From Pseudomonadota bacterium (lineage in GTDB: Bacteria > Pseudomonadota > Gammaproteobacteria > Ga0077536): a stretch of DNA of 43,366 nucleotides. Within the stretch, counting starts at the first letter, position 1; the number at the start of each line of letters is the position of its first letter. Below are positions 18,736-27,927 of the stretch, piece after piece. The position numbers were made by a program, and so were the translations under genes. The stretch is taken from positions 1 to 43,366 of the forward strand of contig JBCCFA010000001.1 of NCBI GenBank assembly GCA_039029975.1, read 5' to 3'. Below the pieces are notes generated by a model. The model made no database searches, was not told the origin of the DNA, and saw only the letters and a program-made list of their open reading frames with translations.

Positions 18736-19557
18736 TCAAAAGAATAGCTGCTTAAGCGCCTCACCTGGATCCTCCGCCCGCATAAACGCTTCGCCCACGA
18801 GAAACGCGTTTACTCGGTGAGAGCGCAACAGCTCGACATCCTTTTTCTTATGAATACCGGATTCGGTAATCACCAATCGATCGTTCGGAATATCGCCAAG
18901 CAAGCTGATGGTGGTATCGATGTCCGTGACGAACCGGCGTAAATCACGGTTATTAATTCCGATAAGCGGTAGTCGTAGACGTAAAGCCCGCTCCAGCTCG
19001 GTCCGGTCGTGGACTTCTATCAGCACGTCCATACCGAGTTCGCTTGCTAAAGAACCGAGTATTTCTAACTCTTCGTCATTTAAGCAGGCGACAATTAACA
19101 ATATGCAATCGGCTCCCAGGAGTCGAGACTCATAAACCTGATAAGGTGCAACCATGAAATCTTTACGTATTACCGGCAGCGAGCAAACCTCTCGCGCTTG
19201 GACTAAGTAGTCGTCGTGTCCCTGGAAATACTTTTCGTCGGTTAACACCGACAAACAGGCTGCTCCGCCAGCGGCGTAGCTCCGCGCGATCGCTGCGGGA
19301 TCAAATTCTTCGCGGATTAAGCCTTTGCTGGGTGAGGCCTTTTTGCACTCCGCGATAACGGCGGCCTCACCGGATTGGATTTTCGTTCGCAGCGCTAGTT
19401 CGAAATTTCTTACCGGTGGCGCATCGTTAATTATCTCTTTCAGCTCCCCAAGCGGACGCGCTTTCTCGCGCAGCGCGACTTCCTCTCGTTTGTGCGCAAT
19501 GATTTCATCAAGAACATTATTACTGAGAGTGGTAGATTCTTTTATGCCGCTATTCAT
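18736..19557 (-). CDS. trpC: Indole-3-glycerol phosphate synthase
   Basis: 273 aa with motifs [29 protein letters not shown] and GINNRDL. Confidence 0.9.
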   Translation of the reverse strand: MNSGIKESTTLSNNVLDEIIAHKREEVALREKARPLGELKEIINDAPPVRNFELALRTKIQSGEAAVIAECKKASPSKGLIREEFDPAAIARSYAAGGAACLSVLTDEKYFQGHDDYLVQAREVCSLPVIRKDFMVAPYQVYESRLLGADCILLIVACLNDEELEILGSLASELGMDVLIEVHDRTELERALRLRLPLIGINNRDLRRFVTDIDTTISLLGDIPNDRLVITESGIHKKKDVELLRSHRVNAFLVGEAFMRAEDPGEALKQLFF

Positions 19558-19578
19558 TTTTTCGTTTAGATCTTAGTT

Positions 19579-20598
19579 CTACTTGCAAGATTGCGAGAAA
19601 TCGATCAGTTCCAGCAGTTTATTTTTTGCCGCGCCGCTGCCAATCGTTTCTTTAGCAATGCCGATCCCATCTGCCAAGGTATCACCCAGTTCGCATAGGT
19701 AGATGGCGGCGCCCGCGTTAAGCGTAACGATATCGAGGGCCGCCCCTGCTTGGTTATCTAATACTTGGTTGATAATTAACGCGCTGTGCTCAGCGTCCAC
19801 CGCTTGAATCGCGCTCAGGTCTTGAGGTGTATAACCAAAGTCGGTCGGTTTCACATCGAAATAGGAAATCTCACCGTCAATGAGGCGAGCGATATGGCTG
19901 CTGCTGCCAATACTAATTTCATCTAGGCCATCGTCGGCGACGACAACAAAAGCGCGTTTTGTATTTAGTTTAGCCAACACTTCGATCGCGATATTCTGCC
20001 AGTGTCGGTTGAATATTCCCATCAGTTGGATAGGCGCCATTGCAGGGTTCGTTAATGGCCCAAGGACATTGAATAATGTTCGCACCCCGAGTTCTCGTCT
20101 GGGTACCGCCGCATGCTTAGTCGCACTGTGATGAGCGGGTGCAAACATAAATCCAATGCCGATATTCTCGATACTTCTCGCCACATCATTAGCCTGTAGA
20201 TTTATTTCAACCCCCAGTTTTTCCAGAACATCCGCAGAGCCACTCGAACTCGAGACAGAACGATTGCCGTGTTTTGCCACATATGCACCGGCTGCGGCCG
20301 CCACGATCGCGCAGGCGGTCGAGATATTAAATGTTTGAGAGCCATCGCCACCGGTTCCGCAGGTATCCATTAATGGTGATACAGTAACGTCAACTTTAGT
20401 GGCCAATTCCCGCATCACCGTTGCCGCCGCCGATACCTCATCGATCGTTTCGCCCTTCATATTCAGCGCGACTAGTAAGCCAGCAATCTGGGCAGGGGTA
20501 GCGTCACCGGACATGATCTCTCGCATGACATCGAGCATGTCGGCGAAAGCGATATCGTTGCGTTCGATCGCATGTTTAATTGCTTGCTGAATATTCAT
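19579..20598 (-). CDS. trpD: Anthranilate phosphoribosyltransferase
   Basis: 339 aa with motifs DTCGTGGDG, FNISTA, KHGNRS and LGPLTNP. Confidence 0.9.
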   Translation of the reverse strand: MNIQQAIKHAIERNDIAFADMLDVMREIMSGDATPAQIAGLLVALNMKGETIDEVSAAATVMRELATKVDVTVSPLMDTCGTGGDGSQTFNISTACAIVAAAAGAYVAKHGNRSVSSSSGSADVLEKLGVEINLQANDVARSIENIGIGFMFAPAHHSATKHAAVPRRELGVRTLFNVLGPLTNPAMAPIQLMGIFNRHWQNIAIEVLAKLNTKRAFVVVADDGLDEISIGSSSHIARLIDGEISYFDVKPTDFGYTPQDLSAIQAVDAEHSALIINQVLDNQAGAALDIVTLNAGAAIYLCELGDTLADGIGIAKETIGSGAAKNKLLELIDFSQSCK

Positions 20599-20616
20599 AA
20601 TAATTTAGCCAAGCGA

Positions 20617-21213
20617 TCAGGCCGCCATGGCAAAAAAATTCCTAAGTAATTGATGACCGTGTTCGGTCAGTATTGCTTCAGGATGAAACTGTACGCCATA
20701 TAAGTCATGAGTTCGATGTCTCAAGCCCATTATCTCGTCAATATCGCCAGTCTGAATTTGCGTCCATGCAGTGACGACCAATTCTTCGGGTAAGGAGTTT
20801 TGATCGACGACTAGCGAATGATAGCGGGTCGCGGTAAACGCCTGGGGCAGCGCTTGGAAGATATCCTCGTTCAAGTGATGAATACACGAAGTCTTACCGT
20901 GCATAACCTGTCTGGCGTGGATGACATAGCCGCCGAAAGCTGCAGCGATACATTGATGACCCAGGCATACGCCAAGTATCGGAATTTGACCGCTAAAAAT
21001 TTTAATAACGTCTACCGAGATGCCCGCTTCTTTCGGCGAACAAGGCCCGGGGGAGATGATTATCGAATCAGGCGATAACCGGTTTATCTCTTCAACTGAC
21101 AGTTCATCATTTCTTTTTATTACAACATCATGGTCGAGTTCGCCGCAGTACTGCACCAAGTTGTGCGTGAACGAATCGTAGTTGTCGATCATCAAAACCA
21201 TGGGCTTCAGCAA
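20617..21213 (-). CDS. trpG: Anthranilate synthase component II / aminodeoxychorismate synthase glutamine amidotransferase
   Basis: 198 aa. Class-I GATase triad context is GVCLGHQ with FHPE. Starts MIDNYDSFT. Confidence 0.85.
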   Translation of the reverse strand: MLKPMVLMIDNYDSFTHNLVQYCGELDHDVVIKRNDELSVEEINRLSPDSIIISPGPCSPKEAGISVDVIKIFSGQIPILGVCLGHQCIAAAFGGYVIHARQVMHGKTSCIHHLNEDIFQALPQAFTATRYHSLVVDQNSLPEELVVTAWTQIQTGDIDEIMGLRHRTHDLYGVQFHPEAILTEHGHQLLRNFFAMAA

Positions 21214-21220
21214 TTCGATA

Positions 21221-21889
21221 CTAGAGGTAGCGATGTAACGCGGCGATATCGTCGATTTTAGGGCCAGAAAAACGCGGGTCTAAGTCTTTGGCCTCCCCAT
21301 AACCGTAAGTTACGAATATACCCGGCATTTCGCAATTTAAGGCGGCACACATATCTGTGTTGGTATCTCCAACCATCAAACAGTTCGACACCGCAACGCC
21401 GAACTGTTCAACGGCAAAAAGCAGTTGATCGGGAGCCGGCTTTTTCCGCGACAATGAATCACCGCTCAGCACAAGCTTGAAATATTTGTCGATATTCAAA
21501 TTGGCGAGTAAAGGCTGAGTGAATGCTTGTGGTTTGTTGGTAATGCAAGCAAGTTTGTAGGTGTGTTCCGAAAGTTTCACTAATAAATCATCGACGTTTG
21601 GATATAAGGTCGATAGACGGCAGACGTTGCTTGCATAGTGGTCAAGAAAAGCGCGTCTGACGGGCGCATAAAGCGCTTCGTCGGCTTCTCCTTCGTAGTC
21701 GCCCGTAATGGCGCGATGAATCAGCCGATCAGCACCGTTGCCAATGAATCCACGGATTGTCGTCTCGGCGAGTGGCCCTTGGTCGATTAAGGAGAGCCCA
21801 TGGTTAACACTGGTCGCTAGATCGCCTGCGCTATCAACCAGCGTTCCGTCTAAGTCAAAGAATATGGCTTCAATATGGCTGTTTTTCAT
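21221..21889 (-). CDS. gph: Phosphoglycolate phosphatase (HAD superfamily)
   Basis: 222 aa with the HAD motif [10 protein letters not shown] and GD(T)NTD. Position is directly after rpe, overlapping its stop. Confidence 0.8.
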   Translation of the reverse strand: MKNSHIEAIFFDLDGTLVDSAGDLATSVNHGLSLIDQGPLAETTIRGFIGNGADRLIHRAITGDYEGEADEALYAPVRRAFLDHYASNVCRLSTLYPNVDDLLVKLSEHTYKLACITNKPQAFTQPLLANLNIDKYFKLVLSGDSLSRKKPAPDQLLFAVEQFGVAVSNCLMVGDTNTDMCAALNCEMPGIFVTYGYGEAKDLDPRFSGPKIDDIAALHRYL

Positions 21890-22569
21890 ATCGCTAGCGC
21901 GCGGACAATTTCCGCACGAAGCGCAGCAATTGTTGCTTGATAGTCCTGCGTATTAAAAATTGCGGAACCGGCGACGAAGGTATCTGCACCGGCCTTAGCG
22001 ATTTTTCCAATGTTGTCGATTTTTACCCCACCATCGACTTCTAGTCTAATCGGCAAACCCGAGGCATCAATAAGTTGACGAGCCTCCGAAATTTTTGGCA
22101 GTGTGGATTCTATAAACGATTGGCCGCCGAAGCCTGGGTTCACGGACATGAGCAGTACCATATCCACTTTATCTATCACGTGTTCCAAATGATTCAACGG
22201 TGTTGCGGGGTTAAATACTAAACCGCCTCGAAGCCCTAAATCGCGAATACGTTGTAAGGCGCGATCGATATGCGTGCAAGCCTCGGGGTGGAAGGTAATG
22301 TAGTTAGCCCCAGCTTCAGCAAAGTCCTCAATTAAGCGTTCCACCGGATCAACCATCAGGTGTACGTCTATTGGAGCGGTGATCCCGTAGGTGCGTAACG
22401 AAGCGCACACCATTGGTCCGATCGTTAAATTGGGTACAAAATGGTTGTCCATCACATCAAAATGGACGATGTCCGCGCCAGCGGTAAGCACGGCGGAAAC
22501 TTCGTCGCCCAGGCGCGCGAAATCGGCGGCCAAAATGGACGGCGCAATAAATTCAGGTTGTTGCTTCAT
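21886..22569 (-). CDS. rpe: Ribulose-phosphate 3-epimerase
   Basis: 227 aa with motifs [26 protein letters not shown] and VNPGFGGQ. Confidence 0.92.
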   Translation of the reverse strand: MKQQPEFIAPSILAADFARLGDEVSAVLTAGADIVHFDVMDNHFVPNLTIGPMVCASLRTYGITAPIDVHLMVDPVERLIEDFAEAGANYITFHPEACTHIDRALQRIRDLGLRGGLVFNPATPLNHLEHVIDKVDMVLLMSVNPGFGGQSFIESTLPKISEARQLIDASGLPIRLEVDGGVKIDNIGKIAKAGADTFVAGSAIFNTQDYQATIAALRAEIVRALAI

Positions 22570-22686
22570 CTTGATAGGGATCGATCACGTTGCAACGGCA
22601 CTGTACCGCATCACCGCTAAAGTTGCATCCACCTCGGCGGCGGAAAGACGCTTAAACTTCCGGGCGAAATCGCCGATAGATCGCGC

Positions 22687-23550
22687 ATGCGCCTGAATGA
22701 ATTTCAAAATCCGATCCAACGTTGCCGCCATCTCGCTGCTCTGTTTATCTTGATGACCGTGAATTACGTGCTTTGGGCGGCCGACAGTGCGAGCGAAAAC
22801 AATCAGGAAAATTCTGCGTCTAGCGAGCAAGTAAAGCCCGCCATCGCCACCAATGTGCCGGCCGAATCTCGTCTGTCGCGCCTGGCCGATCTGCTGTCAG
22901 GGCGATTCGATGCTGGCTCGGATAGCGTCGAGACAGTTTGGTTGGGTCAAGCGCCCGCGCAACGACTTGCGGTATTTCAACACCCAAAACACAGCAAACC
23001 AAACGGCGCAGTGGTCGCGCTCTTGGCTCACGGCAAGATTGTTGACCAGGATGAGTTTTCGCGAACTTTCAGACGGATACTCAGTGCCGGCGCATGGGCT
23101 GCTTTGGTCGTACAAACTGACCTGTTAGTTGACGGCGATGAACCTGCCGCTGACGAGAAGGCATTGCAACTGCTGCTTTCCCAGAGTATCGAGTATCTTG
23201 CGCAACAAAACTATTCAAAATTTGTCGTCGTGGCTGAGGCGGAAGTCGCGACAGCGGTTTGGCCGGTAATTCAAACGTCGCAACATGATCTCAAAGGTTT
23301 CGTCGGTATAGACGAATGGCGGGCAGAAGATTTCGAACCGCCAATCCCAGTTTTGAATATCGCGAATGCGATCAATCCAAACGCAACCCAGAACGCGGAG
23401 CGGCGCCTAAATGAGGTTATACAACGGCCGTCAGCCGCCTGCGAAGTGTTTTTTTACGATGGTGTCCTTCATTCTGATGTTGGCTACGGGCGTTTAGTGA
23501 GTCGCCGAATCAGAGGTTGGTTAGAGCGGAAATTTGTGCGGTCGGGTTAG
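22687..23550 (+). CDS. Secreted hypothetical protein, possibly DUF3530 / non-catalytic alpha/beta-hydrolase-like
   Basis: 287 aa with a signal peptide (HLAALFILMTVNYVLWA/ADSA). The layout VWLGQ..RLAVFQHP....NGAVVALLAHG....FRRILSAGAWAALVV resembles DUF3530 as I remember it. No GXSXG motif was seen. The family assignment is unverified. Confidence 0.45.
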   Translation: MRLNEFQNPIQRCRHLAALFILMTVNYVLWAADSASENNQENSASSEQVKPAIATNVPAESRLSRLADLLSGRFDAGSDSVETVWLGQAPAQRLAVFQHPKHSKPNGAVVALLAHGKIVDQDEFSRTFRRILSAGAWAALVVQTDLLVDGDEPAADEKALQLLLSQSIEYLAQQNYSKFVVVAEAEVATAVWPVIQTSQHDLKGFVGIDEWRAEDFEPPIPVLNIANAINPNATQNAERRLNEVIQRPSAACEVFFYDGVLHSDVGYGRLVSRRIRGWLERKFVRSG

Positions 23551-25836
23551 TCAAGTTTCGGTACCCGAATCGTGCGCCAACTGCCGTACAAATTCGCAAA
23601 CCAAGTTGTTCGTTTCGCCAACATCGCCGTAGACAATACCGTGACGACTACCAGGTATCCAATGCAAATTCTTTTTGCGCGCCGTAAGCAATTTATAAAT
23701 AATATTCGCGCTCGTCGGTTCAACTACTCTATCCTGTTCTGCTTGAATAATACTCACGGGGCATTTTATTTTTGGGATTGCCGTTTTAGCGTGGCTCACT
23801 AATCGTGTTAGCTCGTAAAGTCCGCGGATAGGCATGTGCCGATAGTTGATATGAGGATTTTCCGGTTCGGTGGGTCTAAACGGCATAACGCCCTCGTATT
23901 TAGACAACCATTTAACGATCTTATTAGCCCCATACATCAACGGTACGAAACGCATATTTTTGTTTTGGAATTTGATCGGCGCACAAATAGCGCAGACGCC
24001 GGCGATATTTGGTTTGTCTGCACTAGCACTTACTAAGCTGAGTACTCCGCCGGTTGAAAAACCTACCAGTAACACTTTTTCCGCCATGCTACTCAATACC
24101 TCGTAACCGCGCTCGACAGACTCTAACCACTGCTCCCAACTCCGTTCGCGTAAATCCCATGGGCTGGTGCCATGACCACGGATACGGGTGCCGAGGACGG
24201 TTATGTTCAATGCGTGAATCTTTTCTGCCAGAGGTCTTATCTCTGCGGGCGAGGCAAGGAAGCCATGGGTGAGCAGTACTGCTATCTTGGAATCCTTGTT
24301 AGCAGTTAATAGAAAGGGCGAAGAATTCTCCGTAGCGGTTTGCAAGGTGTTGATTTCAGCATGTTTTGCTTGATTGAAAATTTCTTTGTCCCAGTGGAAC
24401 TGTACCTTAAGATCGTCAAAATGGTGCGCCGGGTCGAGCTGATCGCATTCAGGCGTTTCGGCTTCAACGATTTCATCCACGGCACGACACACAGGAAAGA
24501 TAGGCGCGATTTCGTTTGAATAGACTTCTATTGGATTTTCTAATCTTACCTGGTCAAATTCGTGTTCGCTGATTAGCTTCGGTAAAAAACGGATGAAGTC
24601 GTCACTTACCTCTAGGAGTTCCGCCTTCGTAGCAGAGCGGAGAAAACGGTCAAGTTCTACTGACTCCTGTTTTAATAACTGCCGATAAATTCCGGGATTG
24701 ATCAGGCTTCGATGAAGGTGAATTGATTTATTAGGTTGAATTGATTTTATTGTTTTGTACACCATCGTTTGAAATTTGGCGCGGCTGATAGACTCTACAT
24801 CATTGGTCATTAATGTCGCGATTAACCGCGCAGCGAGATGGCTTAAATTAACCGTGACCTCTTGATAAATATCCTCCATATAATCATCGCGAAGATTTGC
24901 GATGCTTTTCCGCAGGCCTTGTGCCAGAGTTTTTCGAATAAACGTTTTCCTAAAAAAATTTATATCAAAAATCTGATCTGGGTTTTCTAGTCTGGAGGCG
25001 AGCCGATTAACGCAAAATCTTTCCCACCACTCCCAGGTGTCGGCTAATAAGATAGTTTCACCCAAGCGAATATCCATATCGGTTTCTTTAAAAAATAAAT
25101 TCCCTTCAATTACTAGCTCTTCAACCGCGCGGGCGGATAAATTTTTGTAAATACGTTCTGCGCTGCGGCTCAGAAAATTGTCATTAATCCGAAGCGGATA
25201 GAATGTAATGTTCGCAGGCACTATACCCACCGGTTTTTCAGCCTGTTCGAGCAAAGCCTGGACAGAACCAAGATGCAAACTTGTTGCCCATTTTTCTAAA
25301 ATTCGACGGTTTCCTTTGACGTGCTGATGAAGTATGGCGGATTTAATAATTTGTAAGCCGGTCGCTAATCTGGCGGCGCCGGTGTGGTGAGCTCTTCGTT
25401 GTTCGGCGGAGCGAGAATAAACGCTGTAGCGCCCCTTATCATCGATAACTTGACGATCCTTGACCATCCCGCCTTCAGGAAAGATGACTATTTTTCGGCC
25501 ACGTAATATATCGGTCGCCAGTAGCAACATGAGTTGTGGGTGGTTGTTCGGCACCACCCCTAAGTCGAGGAGCAGTCGTGATAGGCGGGTATCGTCTTTA
25601 AAAAATGCCGAGGAGGCCACGGAGCGACAATAGCCGCCGTGGTGATGATAAATTAAGTATTGCGGGATAAATGTTTCTGCGCGAGCGAAGTGGTTAAATA
25701 GAAAAATATCGCCATTTTCAAGTTGGCTTTGCTCATGATGAAGTCGAAACCGAACCTTGAGCAAATTCTTGACGCGGTCAAAAATTCGCACGCACCAATC
25801 ATAGGATTGCTGATTTAGATCGAAATAGTCATCCAT
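23551..25836 (-). CDS. Fusion protein: N-terminal GPAT/LPLAT-type acyltransferase domain, unassigned central region, C-terminal alpha/beta-hydrolase (esterase/lysophospholipase-like) domain
   Basis: 761 aa. Acyltransferase blocks are NHFARAE (H49..E54), FPEGG (119-123) and VPANITFYP (206-214). Hydrolase elements are HGF (524-526), GFSTGG (nucleophile S594, codon 24055-24057), QDRVV (D702) and SRHG (H732). No signal peptide or TM segment is obvious. Confidence 0.7.
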   Translation of the reverse strand: MDDYFDLNQQSYDWCVRIFDRVKNLLKVRFRLHHEQSQLENGDIFLFNHFARAETFIPQYLIYHHHGGYCRSVASSAFFKDDTRLSRLLLDLGVVPNNHPQLMLLLATDILRGRKIVIFPEGGMVKDRQVIDDKGRYSVYSRSAEQRRAHHTGAARLATGLQIIKSAILHQHVKGNRRILEKWATSLHLGSVQALLEQAEKPVGIVPANITFYPLRINDNFLSRSAERIYKNLSARAVEELVIEGNLFFKETDMDIRLGETILLADTWEWWERFCVNRLASRLENPDQIFDINFFRKTFIRKTLAQGLRKSIANLRDDYMEDIYQEVTVNLSHLAARLIATLMTNDVESISRAKFQTMVYKTIKSIQPNKSIHLHRSLINPGIYRQLLKQESVELDRFLRSATKAELLEVSDDFIRFLPKLISEHEFDQVRLENPIEVYSNEIAPIFPVCRAVDEIVEAETPECDQLDPAHHFDDLKVQFHWDKEIFNQAKHAEINTLQTATENSSPFLLTANKDSKIAVLLTHGFLASPAEIRPLAEKIHALNITVLGTRIRGHGTSPWDLRERSWEQWLESVERGYEVLSSMAEKVLLVGFSTGGVLSLVSASADKPNIAGVCAICAPIKFQNKNMRFVPLMYGANKIVKWLSKYEGVMPFRPTEPENPHINYRHMPIRGLYELTRLVSHAKTAIPKIKCPVSIIQAEQDRVVEPTSANIIYKLLTARKKNLHWIPGSRHGIVYGDVGETNNLVCEFVRQLAHDSGTET

Positions 25837-25849
25837 TTGGGGCTACCAA

Positions 25850-26974
25850 TCATTTGTTTTCATCCTTGAGTCGTTTGTATTGGGCGTTTAGCGCCCATTC
25901 GATATGTTCCTTGAGTATCGCCGCTGCCGTGTCGAGTCGTTCTTTTAGTGCGTTGATATATTTTTGATTGGCCGGCGCATTCCCAATCGCCACCGCTATA
26001 TTTCTCAACCATTGTTGATGATTGATACGTCGTATCGCTGAACCTTCGGTTTTTTTTAAAAACTCTGGCTCACTCCAGCCGAAAGAAGCGAGTAAATCAG
26101 CGTTTCTAAAATTTTCGCGTGGTGCGAACGCGGGTTCAACTGCCAACTTTGCGTATCGATTCCACGGGCAGTACAACTGACAATCATCGCAACCAAATAT
26201 CCGATTGCCGATTGAGTTCCTCAGTTCAACGGGAATTGTGCCTTTGTTCTCAATTGTCTGGTAAGAGATGCAGCGGCGTGCATCGACAACGTATGGTCGG
26301 ACAATCGCCGCCGTGGGGCACACGTCAATGCAAGCGGTGCAACTCCCGCAATAGTTTTTGGTTTCATGCCGATTGATCGGTAAATTCAGATCGGTATAGA
26401 TCTCTCCTAAGAAAAACCACGAGCCGGTATGTCTTTCGAGGATATTTGTGTGTTTTCCCGTCCAACCTAAACCTGCCTTACGTGCGAAAGCGCGTTCCAT
26501 CACAGGCGCGCTGTCAGTAAATACTCGATAACCGAACGGTCCAATCAAATCCGTTAAGCGCGAGGCGAGCTTTTGTAGTTTTTTCCGCAGCAGTTTGTGG
26601 TAATCGCGGCCAAGCGCATATTGGGAGACATAACCCATGTTTTGTCGTTGCAGCGATTTAAGTGCACTTTGATTGGGTTGCGTGAGGTAGTTCATGCGTG
26701 CAGAGATCACGCATATTGTTCCTTCAACCAGCTCTGCGGCGCGGGTGCGTTTTGTTCCATGAGCGGCCATGTAATCCATATCCGCGTGCAAACCATTTTG
26801 CAACCATTGCCGTAGACGTTCTTCGTCTTGAGTGAGTTCAGTATTTGCGATATCCAGCTGCTGGAAACCGAGATCGGTTGCCCAATTCTGCAACTGTTGT
26901 TTAACAGCATAGGGTGACGGTGCAGAATGCGCGCCAACTTCACGAGAATGGTCCAATGATTCGTCTGGCCTCAT
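25850..26974 (-). CDS. queG: Epoxyqueuosine reductase QueG
   Basis: 374 aa with two 4Fe-4S motifs, CGSCTACIDVCPT and CDDCQLYCPWN. The N-terminal half and C-terminal HEAT-like tail are typical of QueG. Confidence 0.85.
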   Translation of the reverse strand: MRPDESLDHSREVGAHSAPSPYAVKQQLQNWATDLGFQQLDIANTELTQDEERLRQWLQNGLHADMDYMAAHGTKRTRAAELVEGTICVISARMNYLTQPNQSALKSLQRQNMGYVSQYALGRDYHKLLRKKLQKLASRLTDLIGPFGYRVFTDSAPVMERAFARKAGLGWTGKHTNILERHTGSWFFLGEIYTDLNLPINRHETKNYCGSCTACIDVCPTAAIVRPYVVDARRCISYQTIENKGTIPVELRNSIGNRIFGCDDCQLYCPWNRYAKLAVEPAFAPRENFRNADLLASFGWSEPEFLKKTEGSAIRRINHQQWLRNIAVAIGNAPANQKYINALKERLDTAAAILKEHIEWALNAQYKRLKDENK

Positions 26975-26985
26975 GCGACCGAAGC

Positions 26986-27738
26986 CTAAAACGGTAGTGC
27001 GGCGCGGTCAGCCAGAGCGCGAAACAAAGCGTCGAACGCACGTGAACCAATCCCGTTAGGAGAAAATGCGCCGACCGGCGCTTGATGCACACCCATTTGC
27101 TCGATTTGACTCGCATAGGGAATATAGGTTTGCAGCAATTCGTGGTGTTCTTTGGCAAAATCAATAATTAGTTCTCGATGCAGTTTTTTTCGTTTATCAA
27201 CCATGGAAAAAAACGGCAGTAGCTTACTAGCCTTTAATTTATTTTGGGCGAAAAAGAGGCTTACCTGTTCGTATGCGCGTATGGATAACGGCGTGGGTAT
27301 GATCGGAATCAATATTCGATCCGAGGTACGAAACACGTTTTCGGCGACAGTGGACATACTTGGTGGGCAGTCTAAAAAGACAATATCGTAATTATTTTTT
27401 ACCTGTGAAAGCAGTTTACCGATTCTTCTGTCGGCGTCTTTGCGAGGATGCAGGTCGGTATCAAAGTTTCGAAGTTGTATATCGGCCGGGATCAAATCCA
27501 AATTATCGAAATCTGTTGCTTTTACGATCTTCGAAATTTCGCGTTTTTTCCCCAATAATTTATCGGTACCACCTTTGATTTTTGCGGGAGATTTGAAATA
27601 AAAACTTGCCGCACCCTGCGGGTCCAGATCCCAAATTAGTGTTCGCGCGCCGGCTTTATATGCCAGGAACGCAAGATTCACGGCGGCCGCGGTTTTACCT
27701 ACACCACCTTTCAGATTGTATGTGGCAATAACTTTCAA
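26986..27738 (-). CDS. ParA/MinD-family P-loop ATPase (orphan, no ParB partner in window)
   Basis: 250 aa with a TTG start. Deviant Walker A is NLKGGVGKT, with WDLDPQG and Walker B-like IVFLDCPP. Confidence 0.8.
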   Translation of the reverse strand: MKVIATYNLKGGVGKTAAAVNLAFLAYKAGARTLIWDLDPQGAASFYFKSPAKIKGGTDKLLGKKREISKIVKATDFDNLDLIPADIQLRNFDTDLHPRKDADRRIGKLLSQVKNNYDIVFLDCPPSMSTVAENVFRTSDRILIPIIPTPLSIRAYEQVSLFFAQNKLKASKLLPFFSMVDKRKKLHRELIIDFAKEHHELLQTYIPYASQIEQMGVHQAPVGAFSPNGIGSRAFDALFRALADRAALPF

Positions 27739-27927
27739 GTATCTTCACAAAAACCGATCAATATGACGCGATCATATCATCGTCTCGTTCAACTGGGGTT
27801 TATTCTCGAATCGCAATACTTACCGGAGATGATTCCTCGAAGTTGAGCGGATATACTTCTTCAAGGCTATTTTTGGTCGCGTTGGATTTCATCTAACGAT
27901 TGTTCACTACTTAGGTCTCCAAATACC

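Noticed and set aside
22585-22830. 81-aa minus-strand ORF upstream of rpe
   Set aside because: It overlaps the well-formed signal peptide region of the + strand gene starting at 22687. It has no recognisable motifs and would leave rpe without promoter space. Likely spurious.
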